Shown piece by piece: positions 1-13,026 of a DNA stretch of 64,000 nucleotides. The notes under the pieces are model-generated. The model ran no database searches. It saw only the letters and a program-made list of their open reading frames with translations, and was not told the origin of the DNA. Origin of the DNA: Basidiobolus meristosporus CBS 931.73 (taxonomy: Eukaryota; Fungi; Basidiobolomycota); NCBI GenBank assembly GCA_002104905.1, contig MCFE01000442.1:10231-74230 (forward strand). Direction: 5' to 3'. The position numbers and the translations under genes were made by a program. The stretch's first letter is position 1; each line of letters opens with the position of its first letter.

Positions 1-200
1 TCAATTTGCGATGGGGAAAATTTCCGATCCCCGTTTCAAACTAAAAAAAACCTTTTACGTGTAACAATATGCATTCCAAATCCAGTGTAGCGGCAAGGGA
101 ATGGTTCGTGTGTATATTTGGATGAAAGTTGAAGAGATGCATCATTATATTTACAGAAGGTTTAGGGAAAGCATGCTGGGTTATGGCTAACTCTATGCGC

Positions 201-3200
201 TCATTCACCATGAACTGAGGCTTTTCTCGACGCGTTACGTCCTTGGAAATGGGTCCCAAACTCTCGAATCAATCTTCGTCGGTTGTGGGAATTCCATATC
301 CAGTCAAATAATATCTTTGCAGTCCAGCGTTCCTCTGGGTTAACTGCCAGACATCCTAGCAGAAGTTCTCTACATTTCATACCCTTGATTGATCTGCATA
401 TTTCCTTGTGCATTCTTTCTTCGTTTCCAACTATTTCTCGCAGCCCACGGATATCCTCATCAAAAACCCCCGGCCAAGGGTTCTGTTGAGACAACGTCCG
501 CCAAATCAGAATTCCTAGCGAGTAGACATCTTCGGCAAGGGGGTCGACAGGGTAGGGAAGCACGTCGTGGTCCTGCTTATGCTTGGGTAGAGTACAAATG
601 GATCTTTTATGAACGTGGTTAGCGCAGCATGCTAGGGGTCATGGGTAGAATAAAGGCCTACCTATATCTCTTGTAGCCGTGATCAGGCGCAGTGTAGATT
701 TTTGGTAGCAGTTTCAGCTCCTCCAGGCCGTATTTCCGCGTGCTCCATTTGGAAACATCTTCCGCTCTAACAAACAAAGCTCTCCCAAAATCAATGATCA
801 CTGCTTTGGGTCTAAGGCTGTTGTCTTTCAGCAATGACCCAGGATTCACATTGACCATAACGTTGATCTCCGAAAGATCTCGATGGGCAATTCCATTCTC
901 GTGCATTACCTTCACTGCAACGATCATGTCTCTTATGAGCTTGTATTTTTGTTGAGGTGTAACCTTATGTCTAGTATGTAGGTAGTCTTTTAAGGTTTGC
1001 TGGCATCTGCATGAAGCACGTCAGGAAAGTTCAAACTGCCAGCATGGGTTAAATGAGGAGCTCGTACCTGAGCATGGTTAACCCACCAAGCTGGTTGGAT
1101 TCATCCTCCAAGATAGACATGATCTCGCCAATTCGCTTAGTGCCTTTGAGCTTGCTGGATGGTTGTTCAGCTGGTGTGTGTTTAATTCAAGGTGGCTGCT
1201 GGAGATTTACTTACGTTAGACATAGGACCTCCATCAAGCATGCTTGGAACGATGCTTCATTTATCTCCTTGTAAAGCTGAATCACCACATCTGGATTGTG
1301 GATATGCCCATGCACAGCCTTGAAGAATCCATTCACCGCGTCAGAAGACAACACGCTTCTGTAATTAGAATCTAGTTTTTCCACCTTAACTCCATGGTTA
1401 TAGGCGACTTCAAATATGTGGTAAGTAAGCCTGATCACTGAAGAGAGCAACGACATTTGATTTACATATTTTAAAATGCTGATAAATTTCCGCAGCTGAT
1501 CGAGGTTGCGAGATGTCCAGGTTGTATTCTTTAGAAGCGAGCGTAAAGGAGTAAGCGGCACGCCTTGATTCCACATTATATTCATTCGACACTTACTGTA
1601 TGTGGGCCTTTCGTCCGCTTCTTCAATCGGTCTGTCCAGTTCCGTGCTAAATTTGGCTGATGCGATAGGGATAACTCTTTTATCGTTGTTGCTTCTGTCA
1701 ACGTTTTCGGTGCGGCCTGTCGCATGAGGGTTTTTGGGTGATGTTTCTTGATTCACAAGGTCGGTTGTCTCGATCTGTACCATGTTTTCATCATCAGGTC
1801 GTGAGTCAGGTCGTGAACTTTCCCCAGTCTCGTGGGACATCGAGTCTAGGACAAGAGCTTCTTCCAGGTTCACCAGCGGATTGTCGCTACTCAAAAACAA
1901 AACGGGCGTGATGGATCTTGAGAGCTTAACCGGGACAATTTCTTCGTCAAGCCCCGTGTCGCTCACTATAGGCGAGGTCAATCGAACCAGAGGGCTATTC
2001 ATTTCCCTCTTGGGTATTGGTGATTCTGGGGTTGGAGTTGAAGTCCCAGGCGAGTTAACAACAACTGGTGGTGTGTGTTGGGCATCCACCATGTTTTCTT
2101 CCGAATTCGACATCTCCTTCGCCTTCTCCGATACGGATTGTTGAGATGAAGCTTCAGTTTGTTGTTCAGCTGTTATATTCGATGGAGGGGTTGAGCTGGG
2201 AAGCGTACTCTCAATGTCCTCGCTTGTCTCAGATGTATGATGCGGATCGGGATTGTCAAGCTGTGCTGGTGCAAAACGTAACAGCTCTTTAGCAAAATAT
2301 TCTCGGAGTATATCGGATTTAAGGGGAAATGGCTTGAATGGCTTGTTCAACTGCGTTCGAGTGGAGTTTGTAATTTCTATTTCAAGCTTGACAATCTTGA
2401 TTACCAGTACCTTTATCCAGGTTTTGGTAGAATCCAAGCTCTGCAAAACCTCCACTTCATCAAGGTCATGCCTTTCCCCAAAAGGCTTACAAACGAAGCA
2501 ATCCCCCTTCAGTATAACCGATTTCTTATTTCCTGGGATCTTTTCGTACTGAATGCTTGACATCACGAGTAACAGTCCATTGGGATCATCTCTGCACGTT
2601 TCAAGTATCGTTCGATTCTGAGCGACAAAGAGTCGCACTATCTGGGGTCTGAAGGGATAGTTGGGTAGTTCCAGCAAGGGGGAATGGATGGACTCGGTAA
2701 TTTCTTTAGCCAACAGCCCCATGTGGCTTTTTTCGGCCTCCTCTTGGTTGAGTACTTTTACAGCGTAGAGATTCTCAACGTTACCGAAAATCAATGTTTC
2801 CCAGTGTTGTTGGAATTCCATTTGCAGCTCATCGATGGAGGTCCTTGTATTCATTTCGCTGATTATATCTGCCAATGCCTGTGTATAATCCTTAGCCACG
2901 AAGAATACCACATCCGTATCGTCGTACGTTTCTTGCACAATTGAGGCTACTCTGGCTAGTTCATCAGTAAACTCCTCCAAGCTTGTATACTTCCCTTCCC
3001 ATAGCCCTCTCTCTATCCTCGCCAGGTTGAGGGCGGGCTCACGTGGGGTGTACAGCCTGCTGGTCCCGCGAGAAGAAATGAAAGCGCGACTACAGGATAA
3101 AGGAAATAATCGATCTAAAATGTGTGCGGCCTGAAAGAATACATCCCCCATAGCAAGGGCCGAACTAAGAATTTTTCGGTGGATGCTAATAAAGTTGTCT

Positions 3201-4996
3201 TCACTTGAAGGTAATAGCACCCTGTTTGGTTGCGATATTGTTGGAGACACGGGTACTTCTCTAATGGGAACATCATCCTGCGGTGACTTTGTTTGAAGGG
3301 TTGGTTGTGTGGGCTGGATCGAATCAGTGGTCAAAATCGGTTGCAAGGAAGTTTCATCGCTCATTTCTGCTCCCTGAGATATTGGCGAAGCAACAGGTGA
3401 GTCCATCAAGGGTGATGGGCTTGGGATGTTATCGGGAAATGTATTCAGGAATTGTGAAGCTTGCTCACTTCCAGAAGTCTCGATGGGAGGCTTTGAGGTG
3501 TTCTGCAGCCCTGTAGCTTTGCGAGCTGATTTGTCTTTTGTTTTGACTGAAAATACATCTCTTTGATCTTGCGAATTTTGCAGGCCATAATTCAATGAAG
3601 TGGTTGCGGTGGGCCTCTTGAAACTGCTAATAACCGGACCAAGAGAAGATGCTCTCTCGTGAGTTGTATCGGTATGAGGTGGTTGTTTGACCAGTGGATA
3701 TCGTGACACCGCTTTCGAAGGAGTGGCTGAATGGGATGGAGTAAGAGGGTCTTCATGGGAGATATCCATTTGGACTCTTGGACTTTCGTAGCATCTCGGA
3801 CTCATCTCTGTCGGTTCAAAAAAAGTTGTGAGCTCGTATGGCGTAGAAGTTGGTCTTTGCGCTATATTCTTTAAAGCGCTTCTAGAAACAGCTCCTGAAG
3901 AAACGGATTCAATATATTGACAAAGGTACAGATTGCAAAGAGAGCTTACCCTGATTGAATAAACCCTTGCCTGTCGTGTTTTCGGATAAGGTGCCGGAGA
4001 CGCTGGGGCGCTCAACTCCCTTTCCTTTACGAGCATTCAACGGATTACTGTTACTTGGTAAGCTAGTAGTAGGTCGCGGAGGAGTGTACAAGTTGTTTGG
4101 AGATGGAGCTAGTTCTTTCTTGGCTGTCGGGTTTAGTGACCGTTTGTCTAGCCGCAATTTAGGTATATGTGTTTTGGGCTGGTTGAGGTTTGTCGCTGAC
4201 ACTAAAAATCCCCGGGATATATATGGTTATTAAATTACGCTACTGGTATGTAAGAATGGATGAGTTTGTGCGTACCATTTTTCGAGCATTCATAAGAATC
4301 CCCACTTCCTTCTTTGCCCTTTTTGCTCAGACGCGACTTTTTTAGTGGAGGACTCGAGGTCTCATTCACCTCGGGGGATGTAGCTTCTTCGAGAGGTAGA
4401 TGGGATTTGTCCTTTCTTGAATTGGAAGGGGGTGTTTCTTGCAAAAGAGATTTTTTTTCCGGCGAAATGTACACCGGCAGATTCAACTCGTGTGAGTGGG
4501 TGATTTTCGTCAAATTTTGCAACACGCTATGCTGGCTCAGGGAGGGGCTAAAATTGGAAAGCTTAGCTCCTTGAATGTAGGGGTTGACTTTTTGTGTGGT
4601 GCCATAATCCATAACAAAGGAGCGTTGACGCTTTGAAGAAAAAGTTGGTGAAGGTTTCGGGTGACCTTTGAACAGACTGCGGGCGTCTTGGCTGATGTTT
4701 CTGGCGTAATGCTAACTTGTTGCGATCTGAAAGTAGAAAATCCAAATGAGAACGCGAGGATTCCTCGAGTAAAACTAACGTCCAAAGCAACAAGGTGAAA
4801 ATACTTACGGGTTCCCCAAGTCCGACACCCCATTATGTACGTGTATAGATCGTTTTGCGGGTGTGATTGTCTGGTTGTGGGGTGAGTGTATAAATTCCTT
4901 TGGGGACTTTTTAGAATAAATTGGGGATTTGAGTTTTGACACGTACAAAACGGACAAGTCGGAGGGCTTTTGCGCCCTGTTGGTTTCCTCCATCAT
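201..4996 (-). CDS. Multi-exon atypical protein kinase with S/P-rich regions, a bromodomain-like segment (~2860-3130) and a C-terminal kinase domain (~201-1380)
   Basis: Splicing by eye (e.g. intron 604-661, exon 662-1006) joins NGFFKAVH..VVIQLY..MEVLCLTKL..MLRCQQTLKDYL..IAHRDLSEINVMV..AVIIDFGRA..EDVYSLGILIW..LLLGCLAVNPEERWTA, i.e. kinase subdomains I-XI. LNLARIERGLWEGKYTSLEEFTDEL resembles bromodomain helices A/B. The 5' exons (3909-4996) and introns near 1430-1600 are approximate. Confidence 0.8.
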
Positions 4997-5316
4997 GCTG
5001 CCTAGTCAACTTTCGTGGAAAAACTTCAAAAGTTGTTGGTAAAGCGTACTTCGAAAGTGATTGTTACTACGGCTGATTCATCGATTTTTTTGATTGCTCA
5101 CTTAAAATGTGTTCTTTGATGTTTGGTTAAGTAAGCTATTAATCAGGGCGTTGTTTCATTTCAAAATTGTGTTCTATTTTAGCTGGCTCCTAGTCCATAG
5201 TGGTTTTCTAAAGTGATACACATAGCCTTACCTTCCTTCAGCATTGAATTAATAAATGTGACCGAGGTACTCTGTTTTAGGATAATTCATTTCTGAATAT
5301 TTAGAAAACATCTATT

Positions 5317-5331
5317 TTTCTGGAAATTTCC
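5317..5331. promoter_or_regulatory. Perfect three-unit heat shock element (nTTCnnGAAnnTTCn)
   Basis: TTTCTGGAAATTTCC lies about 130 nt upstream of the Hikeshi/OPI10 ATG and matches the HSF consensus. Confidence 0.5.
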
Positions 5332-5459
5332 ACTGTTTCCACAATACGATAAATATTACAATGATGTCACGTAGCAAATTTACTCCACGAAGTTCTGAAT
5401 TTAGTACGATATATCAACGTACCTCTATCAAGTTCTAGGTATTCCTTATTCTCAAAAGT

Positions 5460-6126
5460 ATGTTTGGCTGTATAGTAGCTGGTAGACTTGTAGGTATTGC
5501 TTCAGAAGGCCCATTGATTCTAAGAAATAGATGCTAACTTTCAGCGCGCATAAGGTTCAAACCAACCTTCAACAAGTTGATGTGAACAAATACGTGTTCG
5601 AGCTAACAGATGCTCACAACATCAATCATGTGATTGTCTTCTTGTTAGGGACTATTCCTTTTGAGCCAGGTTTTGCTGCTACCGTGCACTTTTTGTGGCC
5701 CAACAAAAATTGGCAGATGTTGGGGGTGTAAGTATTTTGTGCTGCCTCTCGTTCTTCTCCTTGAACTCACCCGAAAACTATAGATTATCCAATGACAAGC
5801 CTTCAGCGGTATTTCGACTTCAACCTGGAGCGAACAACCAACCAGTGCCCGGGGTAACCGCCACTCTCGGAATATCAATCGAGCCCATCAATCTAGTGGA
5901 GCAGCAATATCAGGCTCATTTACAGACCGCCTCAAATAACAAGACGGTGCCCTCACCCATCGTCATCGCGGAAAGGATTCTCAACCAAGTTTACAATTTT
6001 GTGACGTCCTATGTTAGCGGAGGCAGTAATGACATGATTCCATTGAAGGCGTTTGAGAATTGGTACCAGACAACTCAGCGGAAAGTGAAAGCCGACCCCA
6101 GCTTTTTACTTAAGAATTCTGAATAA
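5460..6126 (+). CDS. OPI10: Hikeshi/OPI10 family protein (Hsp70 nuclear import carrier), 3 exons
   Basis: MFGCIVAGRL|VQTNLQQVDVNKYVFEL..INHVIVFLLGTIPF..ATVHFLWP..WQMLGV|LSNDKPSAVFR..ATLGISIEP..FENWYQ..KVKADPSFL are hallmark Hikeshi/DUF775 motifs. Both introns are GT-AG. Confidence 0.93.
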
Positions 6127-6299
6127 GGGGTGTGTTGTTGTATATTCTTGCCATTCCCAATAAATCATTGCCACATTACTATGGTTGATAGTTCACTACA
6201 ATACATATGTACTATTCTACCAACTTCAGGGTGTTTACACCAGCTAGATTGGCGGTAAAGGTTATGTCTAGTGCCAATATGGCCAGATTTGCATCAAAT

Positions 6300-7214
6300 G
6301 GTATGTTCACTAGCATAGTGATTTGAGCAGTTCACCATATCTTGGAGTTCCAGGATCCATTCACATGGCTCAGGCATTTGCCCTAATCCCAACCAACCTA
6401 CCCTAGCAAGTAATATTCTACTATGCCAGCGACTGTTCAGGCCAATGCCCACCTTTCACCTACATTTCGGATACCTCCCAGCATCTTTTTGGCTTTAGTA
6501 GAATACATATATGTAGATTCGGTATCAAGGTTTACTCCAACCTCTACAGAGCCAAGTGTGGGTAAGATTAGTAGAGAAATTGGCAACCTGATAATGGGGC
6601 ATTGACTAATGGTCATATTAATAATGCAACCATTTTTCACTATCACTATTTATGTATAGCAAACACTCCCATAGCAAACTAAATGACTTTATCTACTTGC
6701 TGATTGAAGCTAATTGGAAGTGAGGAGATATCCACAACAAGGAAGAGTATTTACTCTGGCAACAAATCCTTCGTTAACCAATCTCATACCCATTTAATGT
6801 GCAGATTGACCATTTCTGATGATCCAGCGCCAATTTAACCATGTTGAGCCTCCATAAAAGCAGAGAATATCGGCAGAACGCTATATTTAATTACCATATT
6901 AATCTTGATGGAGTGGGTGAGGTTAGTGGGAAGGGATGTTCAGAACAGGTAGTCCAGAATGCATCGAAGAGAACCTTCCAAACAGGACCCATTATCGGCA
7001 GATCCATATTCAGCAATGCAGGTGAGAATTTTATGGGGCACGTAGCGCACTGCCGATGAGCTGAGACATCAGTTATTACGTACCACACCGCTTCGACGCT
7101 CATGTGGCGGGAGCATGGTAAATTAGCGACTCCATCCAATATCAACAACAGTGAGGGATTGTCATGATTAGAATACTTGTCTGGGTGGTGATCGCATTGT
7201 GGATTGGATCTCAT
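6300..7214 (-). mobile_element. Highly decayed Ty3/gypsy gag and protease remnant
   Basis: PDKYSNHDNP...WKVLFDAFW resembles retrotransposon gag. VNLDTESTYMYS resembles the aspartic protease LDTGS motif. Many stops are present and similarity is weak. Confidence 0.4.
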
Positions 7215-7541
7215 GTGTTTGGGTGGAAGGTAATCCTAGATATGTCTCAAACTAGGAACAAGCCTAGTCCAATTGGAGGTACGAGAGACCTTAATGTGTT
7301 GTGTTAAAGGAGAAAACAAACGCACTGAATCATTTTGCCAGGTCAATTTAACTTGGCAAATTCTCCAAAAATGGTTTTGATAGATCATACTGGGTAAATG
7401 TGATCAATCCTGTCCGATTGAAAATTCCCTCCTGATATTGATTATACTTATGGACGCGCCACACACCTTCCCATCCTTTTAAAAAGCCGCGCCATGCCGC
7501 CGAGATTCATAGCCTCGTTTCATTGATAGCATACTATACTT

Positions 7542-8027
7542 ATGTCATCTCTTGTATTAGACATGATACAACCTATCTCTCGTCGAAAACAACGCCGCGA
7601 TAACATTTGCGATATTTGTCAGAAATCTTTTGGCCGCCTTGATAACCTCAAGCGCCACTATCGGACACATACAGGAGAGAAGCCACATCGTTGCACATAC
7701 CCTGGGTGCACCCAGAGCTTCCCAAGAAGCGATCAGCTGAACCGCCACTTCAGCATGCACTCTGCCAGCCCCACCCTCAAGAAGAGGAAGCTAAGCATCG
7801 ATAGCGATCATGGTCCCTTCTCCCACTACCAACAACAGCCAACCTACAGCTCATCCATCCCTTCCACGCCAGACTCCATATCATGGACCCTTTCCAGTAA
7901 CAAAAAGTTCACGCCTATGGGCATAGACCAAATCCAGACCATTCTCAACCTCACACCAGTACATTTAGTCGTTGCTCCAGAGGAGCCCAAACCATCCCGC
8001 ATGGAGCTCGCCTACCTCTTGAATTAG
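7542..8027 (+). CDS. Two-finger C2H2 zinc-finger transcription factor (Nrg1/Mig1/Egr-like)
   Basis: [51 protein letters not shown], with a basic NLS-like KKRK. Single exon. Confidence 0.92.
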   Translation: MSSLVLDMIQPISRRKQRRDNICDICQKSFGRLDNLKRHYRTHTGEKPHRCTYPGCTQSFPRSDQLNRHFSMHSASPTLKKRKLSIDSDHGPFSHYQQQPTYSSSIPSTPDSISWTLSSNKKFTPMGIDQIQTILNLTPVHLVVAPEEPKPSRMELAYLLN

Positions 8028-8279
8028 TTCCCACTATCACCTGTTATCTCTGTGTACGTCGCTTTCCCTATGTATATTTCCAGTGTGTTCCTTTGTTTCA
8101 ACGGAGTGATCATCGAAATGGCCATCCACCAGCCAACCTGTACATACTACCTAGTACCAAATAGAAATCTCGATCACTTGAAATGATGTTTAACCCGTAC
8201 GAGATCAAATTAATTTAATCACAACTATAAAGGACCATTCGGCCAAACTGATCCCATTAGGCTGTATTCGGGATTTCTT

Positions 8280-11200
8280 TCAGTTTACTATCAATCGATC
8301 CGTAGGCCTATTCCACGTAGCCACATGGAAGTGAGTGTTGTTAGCGGCACGGGAAATGTTCAAATTACAAGCCAAATAATATATATTAGCGTCCAAAGTA
8401 CATGGCCAACTGAGTGATGGTATACCCAGCACACCCTGGGTCGATGAAAATGTCAATGAGGGGAACGAACCATGATCCTGTAGATAACTAGCTGACGGGT
8501 TCGGCAAATCTCATTTCTATGGAACACCTGGTACGAACTGTATACGGGTTGGAGTCAATGAGTGTAATTATAGCAATCACCTGCGATGGGAAATTTCCGT
8601 TTATGTATGTAAGTACTCCCTGTTTTCAATCGAAGGATAATTTATCCAGCAATGGCTAAAGTCCAGCATAAAAGGCATCTCACTCCAATTGGCAAAAAGT
8701 TCTTCCTGGGATGCGAGTGTCCAGGAGACGTCCAGTATACCCTAAGGCCTAGACTCGCAATGCCAAGTCCCGCTTCGAATCAAAGGAGGCCAATTTGTCT
8801 GTTTTGACCCGATGGTAAAGTCGACGTGTCACGAGTATCTGTCAAACGTCTTAAGCTTAGGCCAGGGGTTGTCTCACATGCTATCGCGCGGCGCTAGTCA
8901 GCATGATGTATTTCCCGCTGCTGGCATTTATTTGTATTGGGATACCTAATATAAGGTTGGGGATCAATATTCCAATCTAAGGAAATCAAACCTTGCTTTA
9001 AATGGCAGACGACCTAGCAAATAATCGGGCCTTACCAAGGGCACAGATACTACGAGAATAGTCAGCACTAGCACGTTTTCTAAATTGATTCCTAGGTGAG
9101 GTCGGCCAATGAACAGGCTCCAACACTCGGTCAATGTTTTTCAATATTTTGGAGGGTTTGCAAACATTACCTACATCTGAATCAGCTCATTGAGTGCTCG
9201 TCACCGCCATGTTGCAAATTGGAGGTTTGTCCGTTTGTACGTTTGTACGCCATACGCTAGGATTGGATCGTCAAGCGGTTGCGTAGATATGGTTGTGCTG
9301 ATCGTTCAGGTGGTTGGGTACATGGAGATAGGTGGCATATGCCATCACAATTGTCCACCATCTGATTGGTGATCGCGGGCTGGGTTAGCGCTCTCGGGAC
9401 AGAGGGCAGCGTTCTAGACTACGGGAGGTACATTCAAGTGAGGTTCCTGTCTTGCGGGCCAAAACCCGGCCTAGCACGGTATGTGGAATGATATCATTGT
9501 GCATGAGTGCGAAATGGTCTGTGACTCCATCGGTAGTTTGATCTTCAATGGCTGTTGCTTTCGCTCATTAGAAATCCGACTCAATGTTTATTCCGTGGTG
9601 GTAAGTGATATCATGTTTGACGAGAAACAGTTTTATCCCACATGGTGCCTCGTGGTGAGTGGTTAATCTATGCAGAGTGGGATGTTTTGTACTAAGCCAG
9701 CAGGTAAATGATGTTCTACTGCCCAGCTGCCAAACCAGGCAACAATTAATGGCTCGGTAGATCCCATTTCTAGGTGATACATATCTGCATGAAAGATCAA
9801 CCTATCGGTACCACTGATCTTTGAGGGATCCTTCGCGAAGTACGTCATAGCGTAGTCGAATATTTCATTTTGGATGATTCACACTTGCACCTCTGACATA
9901 ATTGTTTCGCCAGGTATTCTCAACTCAGTCACCCACTGTGTGTTGCATGACCCGCTGAGCTGAAACCATCGACGACTAGCTCTTACCTCTCCCCTCATTC
10001 CCCTCGATCTCCAAGAAACATTCTCGTTGGAGTTCACCTAGTGGCAGTCTGAAGATGTCTGCGATTGGATTCACGGCATTTGAATTCGTTCTGAACAATA
10101 TGGGTGCTTTTTTAGTACTTGCCTTCATCCTGATACGTGCCTCGGATATTCTGTGGAGTGCGATGAAATCCGAGTTTCCCATTATTGTTGTGTGGAAGTC
10201 TATTACTATTTGGAGGTTATCTCGAGATTTTGGGAGTGACCTTCATGATGCGGTCGAATGGGTAATCTTTTGAAACAAGCGGAAAGCACACTTCCAAACC
10301 GGCCCAGGTGCCATTTAAGTATGCCGAACAACGGTTAAGTGATGATAGGCCCATTTCATTTGGATTTCCTTTACCTGGGGTTGATTGCAGTCGATTTTTG
10401 GTTCAATCTAGCTTTGGAATTGGTTTGTCGGTTCGAAATATCTGTGTTACCGGATTTCACCAACGACTCCATGATTGTATCATCCAGCCCTAACCCCATA
10501 TATCCCTTCGTTTCCAAGCCTGCTACAGTCCAGAGTTTCTTGGATTGGTATCGAAGTCATAGATACATATTGGCAGTCTCATGAACCCTTTTTGAGGAAA
10601 CCATGGCTGACAAATACGCATTTCCCAATACGAAAAGAAATACTTAGCGGCGTTGTTGCTGAGGGTTTTACACTGGTGGTGCCTCGATGTCCAATAGTGA
10701 CTATTTGTTGGAAATACTAGGTATTGGTGGCAATTCTCTTGGTTATTTTTGACCAATCATTGGATACGTCTTGAAACTTCATGATGAGATGAGATCGAAA
10801 CACTTGTCCTTGAAAAGTGGATCCCCTTCAGTGCGTGGTTGGCCCACGAGCAGCGTTCAAGTGACCACGCAGCGACTCACAAATCGAATGTCTGGTATAT
10901 TGGCAAATATCCCTTTGGTAAAATCTCAAACATGGATGTTTGCTGGTTTTCCGCTGGTGTTTCTACCATCGTTACATGACATCATAATGGTATTTTACCA
11001 CGCTGATTGAAATGTATGCCGGATTACTTAAGGAATGCGAGGAAACCAGTGGCTAGATTTCTAGTTTTGCACCTGAGGATGGATGGAGGTTCGCATATCA
11101 CTTTGAGTATTGTACCTGGAGTTAGATTTTTGCGGATATCCAAATGGTATCCTGATGGCATCCTTCGGAAATTCCTACTGGGGTTAGTAAATCCATATGG

Positions 11201-11300
11201 GAGCAGCACTTATGCTTCAACATTCCAAAGTCATTCTAAATTCCCTACTACTATTAGCACCATACTATGTATCCCAAGCTGGTAGCTTAAATTATGCTGC
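8280..11300 (-). mobile_element. Decayed Ty3/gypsy pol remnant (RT, then integrase)
   Basis: LPYGFTNPSRNFRRM (~11200) resembles RT MPFGLxNAPATFQR. HNNGKLGFHRTPQNIRGTY (~10170) resembles the integrase zinc-binding region. DMYHLEMGSTEPL (~9770) resembles AYHPQTDGQTERL. YYLACNL..NTHFHVAT (~8340) resembles YRLxLP..HxVFHVS. RT-before-integrase order indicates gypsy. Many stops and frameshifts. Confidence 0.7.
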
Positions 11301-11883
11301 TAAATAACCCCTAGTAAATATTTGCAACTTACATTCTTGTTAGGTTTTTGGTTGGTATTCACATCCTTTCACTATGGGCTTGTGAGCACACTTCACTCCA
11401 CTAATAATCAATCACTCCCTCATACCCATAGCCTGCGAGAAAGTCAAAGACTAGGTTCTTTAAATTGCACATGGAGATGGTATTTAACGGCCTAGATATA
11501 GTTGCAGATATCTTATTTATACCTAAATATCTACCTTAACTTGGTTGCTTACACCAGAGTTTTGGTCATGCCAGAAGTTGCTGGGGGAACTAATAGATTA
11601 TGCAGCTCTCACTTTACTGTTTGTTGGATGTAAAAGTGGTAGTGATACTTGTAAATTTTGTGATTACACCTAAATATTCACTTGACTTGGTCACTTAGAT
11701 CATAGTCTGCTAAACTTAGAGAACTCTGCTCAAATCCCTTGTTGGGATTTACTTATCAATTTTTTATGTTCTGGATACCTGGTATTTTGGTGAAAAGATT
11801 CTAAGTTATGCAAACAGCCCTAAGACTTTGAATACATGCTGTTGAGACCTTCTGTAACATATTCTGCGTGTTTGATTTGCCAG

Positions 11884-12556
11884 TGTAGTAAGAGTTTTGG
11901 GGATATTGAAGTGATTGGGAGAACAAGTAGATTATGTGGTTTGCACTTATGATATATTAGCTGTAGAAGTTAACCTTATACTTTTACATGGTATTGGCAT
12001 AGAAAACATGTAGAATATGTCCCAAGTGTTGTAAAAATTTGTAATTCTACCTAAATATTCACCTAACTTAGTCACTTAGATCATTACCTCCAAATCCTAG
12101 AGAATACTGATCAATCTCCTTGTTGGGATTTACTTAGAATATTTACCCAGAACATGAAAATTAGATAAGTTGTCCAAACAGCCCTAAACCTTGCACACAT
12201 GTTCTTGGGATCTTTTTAAACCTATTCTATGCGTTTGTTATGCCAAGGCCATGTAAAAGTATAAATACTACTTTTGCAATCAATAAATCATTAAGTGAAA
12301 ACCACACAATCTACTTGTCCTCCCAAATCACTTCCAGTATCTCCAAGACTCTTACAACACCAAGAACATGTGTGTGGAGTCTGGGGCTGTTTGGACAACT
12401 TTAAGATTTCTAATATTCTGGGCATCTGATATTTGGTGAAAATAGTCTAGGTAATTCCCAACAAGGAATTTGGACAGAATTCTCTAAGATTTGTAGCTAA
12501 TGATCTAAGCAACCCATTTAGGTGAATATTTTGGTGTAATCACAAAACTTACAACA
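11884..12556 (-). mobile_element. Copia solo LTR inserted in an older LTR and itself interrupted by a younger LTR
   Basis: TGTAGTAAGAG...CTTACAACA. Flanks GCCAG/GCCAA form a 4/5 TSD inside a + strand host LTR that starts near 11646 and resumes at 12557. Confidence 0.8.
12027..12359 (+). mobile_element. Copia solo LTR, short subtype (17-nt deletion)
   Basis: TGTTGTAAAAATT...CTCTTACAACA with a perfect 5-bp TSD, CCAAG (12022-12026 and 12360-12364). Confidence 0.95.
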
Positions 12557-13026
12557 GCCAAGACTATGTAAAAGTGGTATTTATAATTTTACACAGTATT
12601 GACAAAAAACCACATCAGATATGCTCAGGAAGGTCTCAAAAACATGTGGACAAAGTTTGTGGCTGCTTAGACAACTAATTGACTTTCATGTTCTGGGTGC
12701 CTGATGTTTTGGAAAAAATATTTCAAGTAAATCATGACAAGTGATTTGATCAGTGTTCTCTATGAATTATGGACTGTAACTTAGGTGATTAATTTAAGGG
12801 AATATTTAGGTGTAATTACAAACCTTACAACACAAGCCATGTTGCATAATTCTTGCTGATGTAAATGTTGTAAGTGTTTTGGACATATTGGAAGTGATTG
12901 GGAGTACAAACAGATTATGCGGTTTTCACTTGATGATTTATTGAATGTAAAAGTAGTATATATTATTATTTAGGCTTTTATCAAAATGCTCCTACTACAT
13001 TTTTCAAAATAATCAAGGATGTATAT

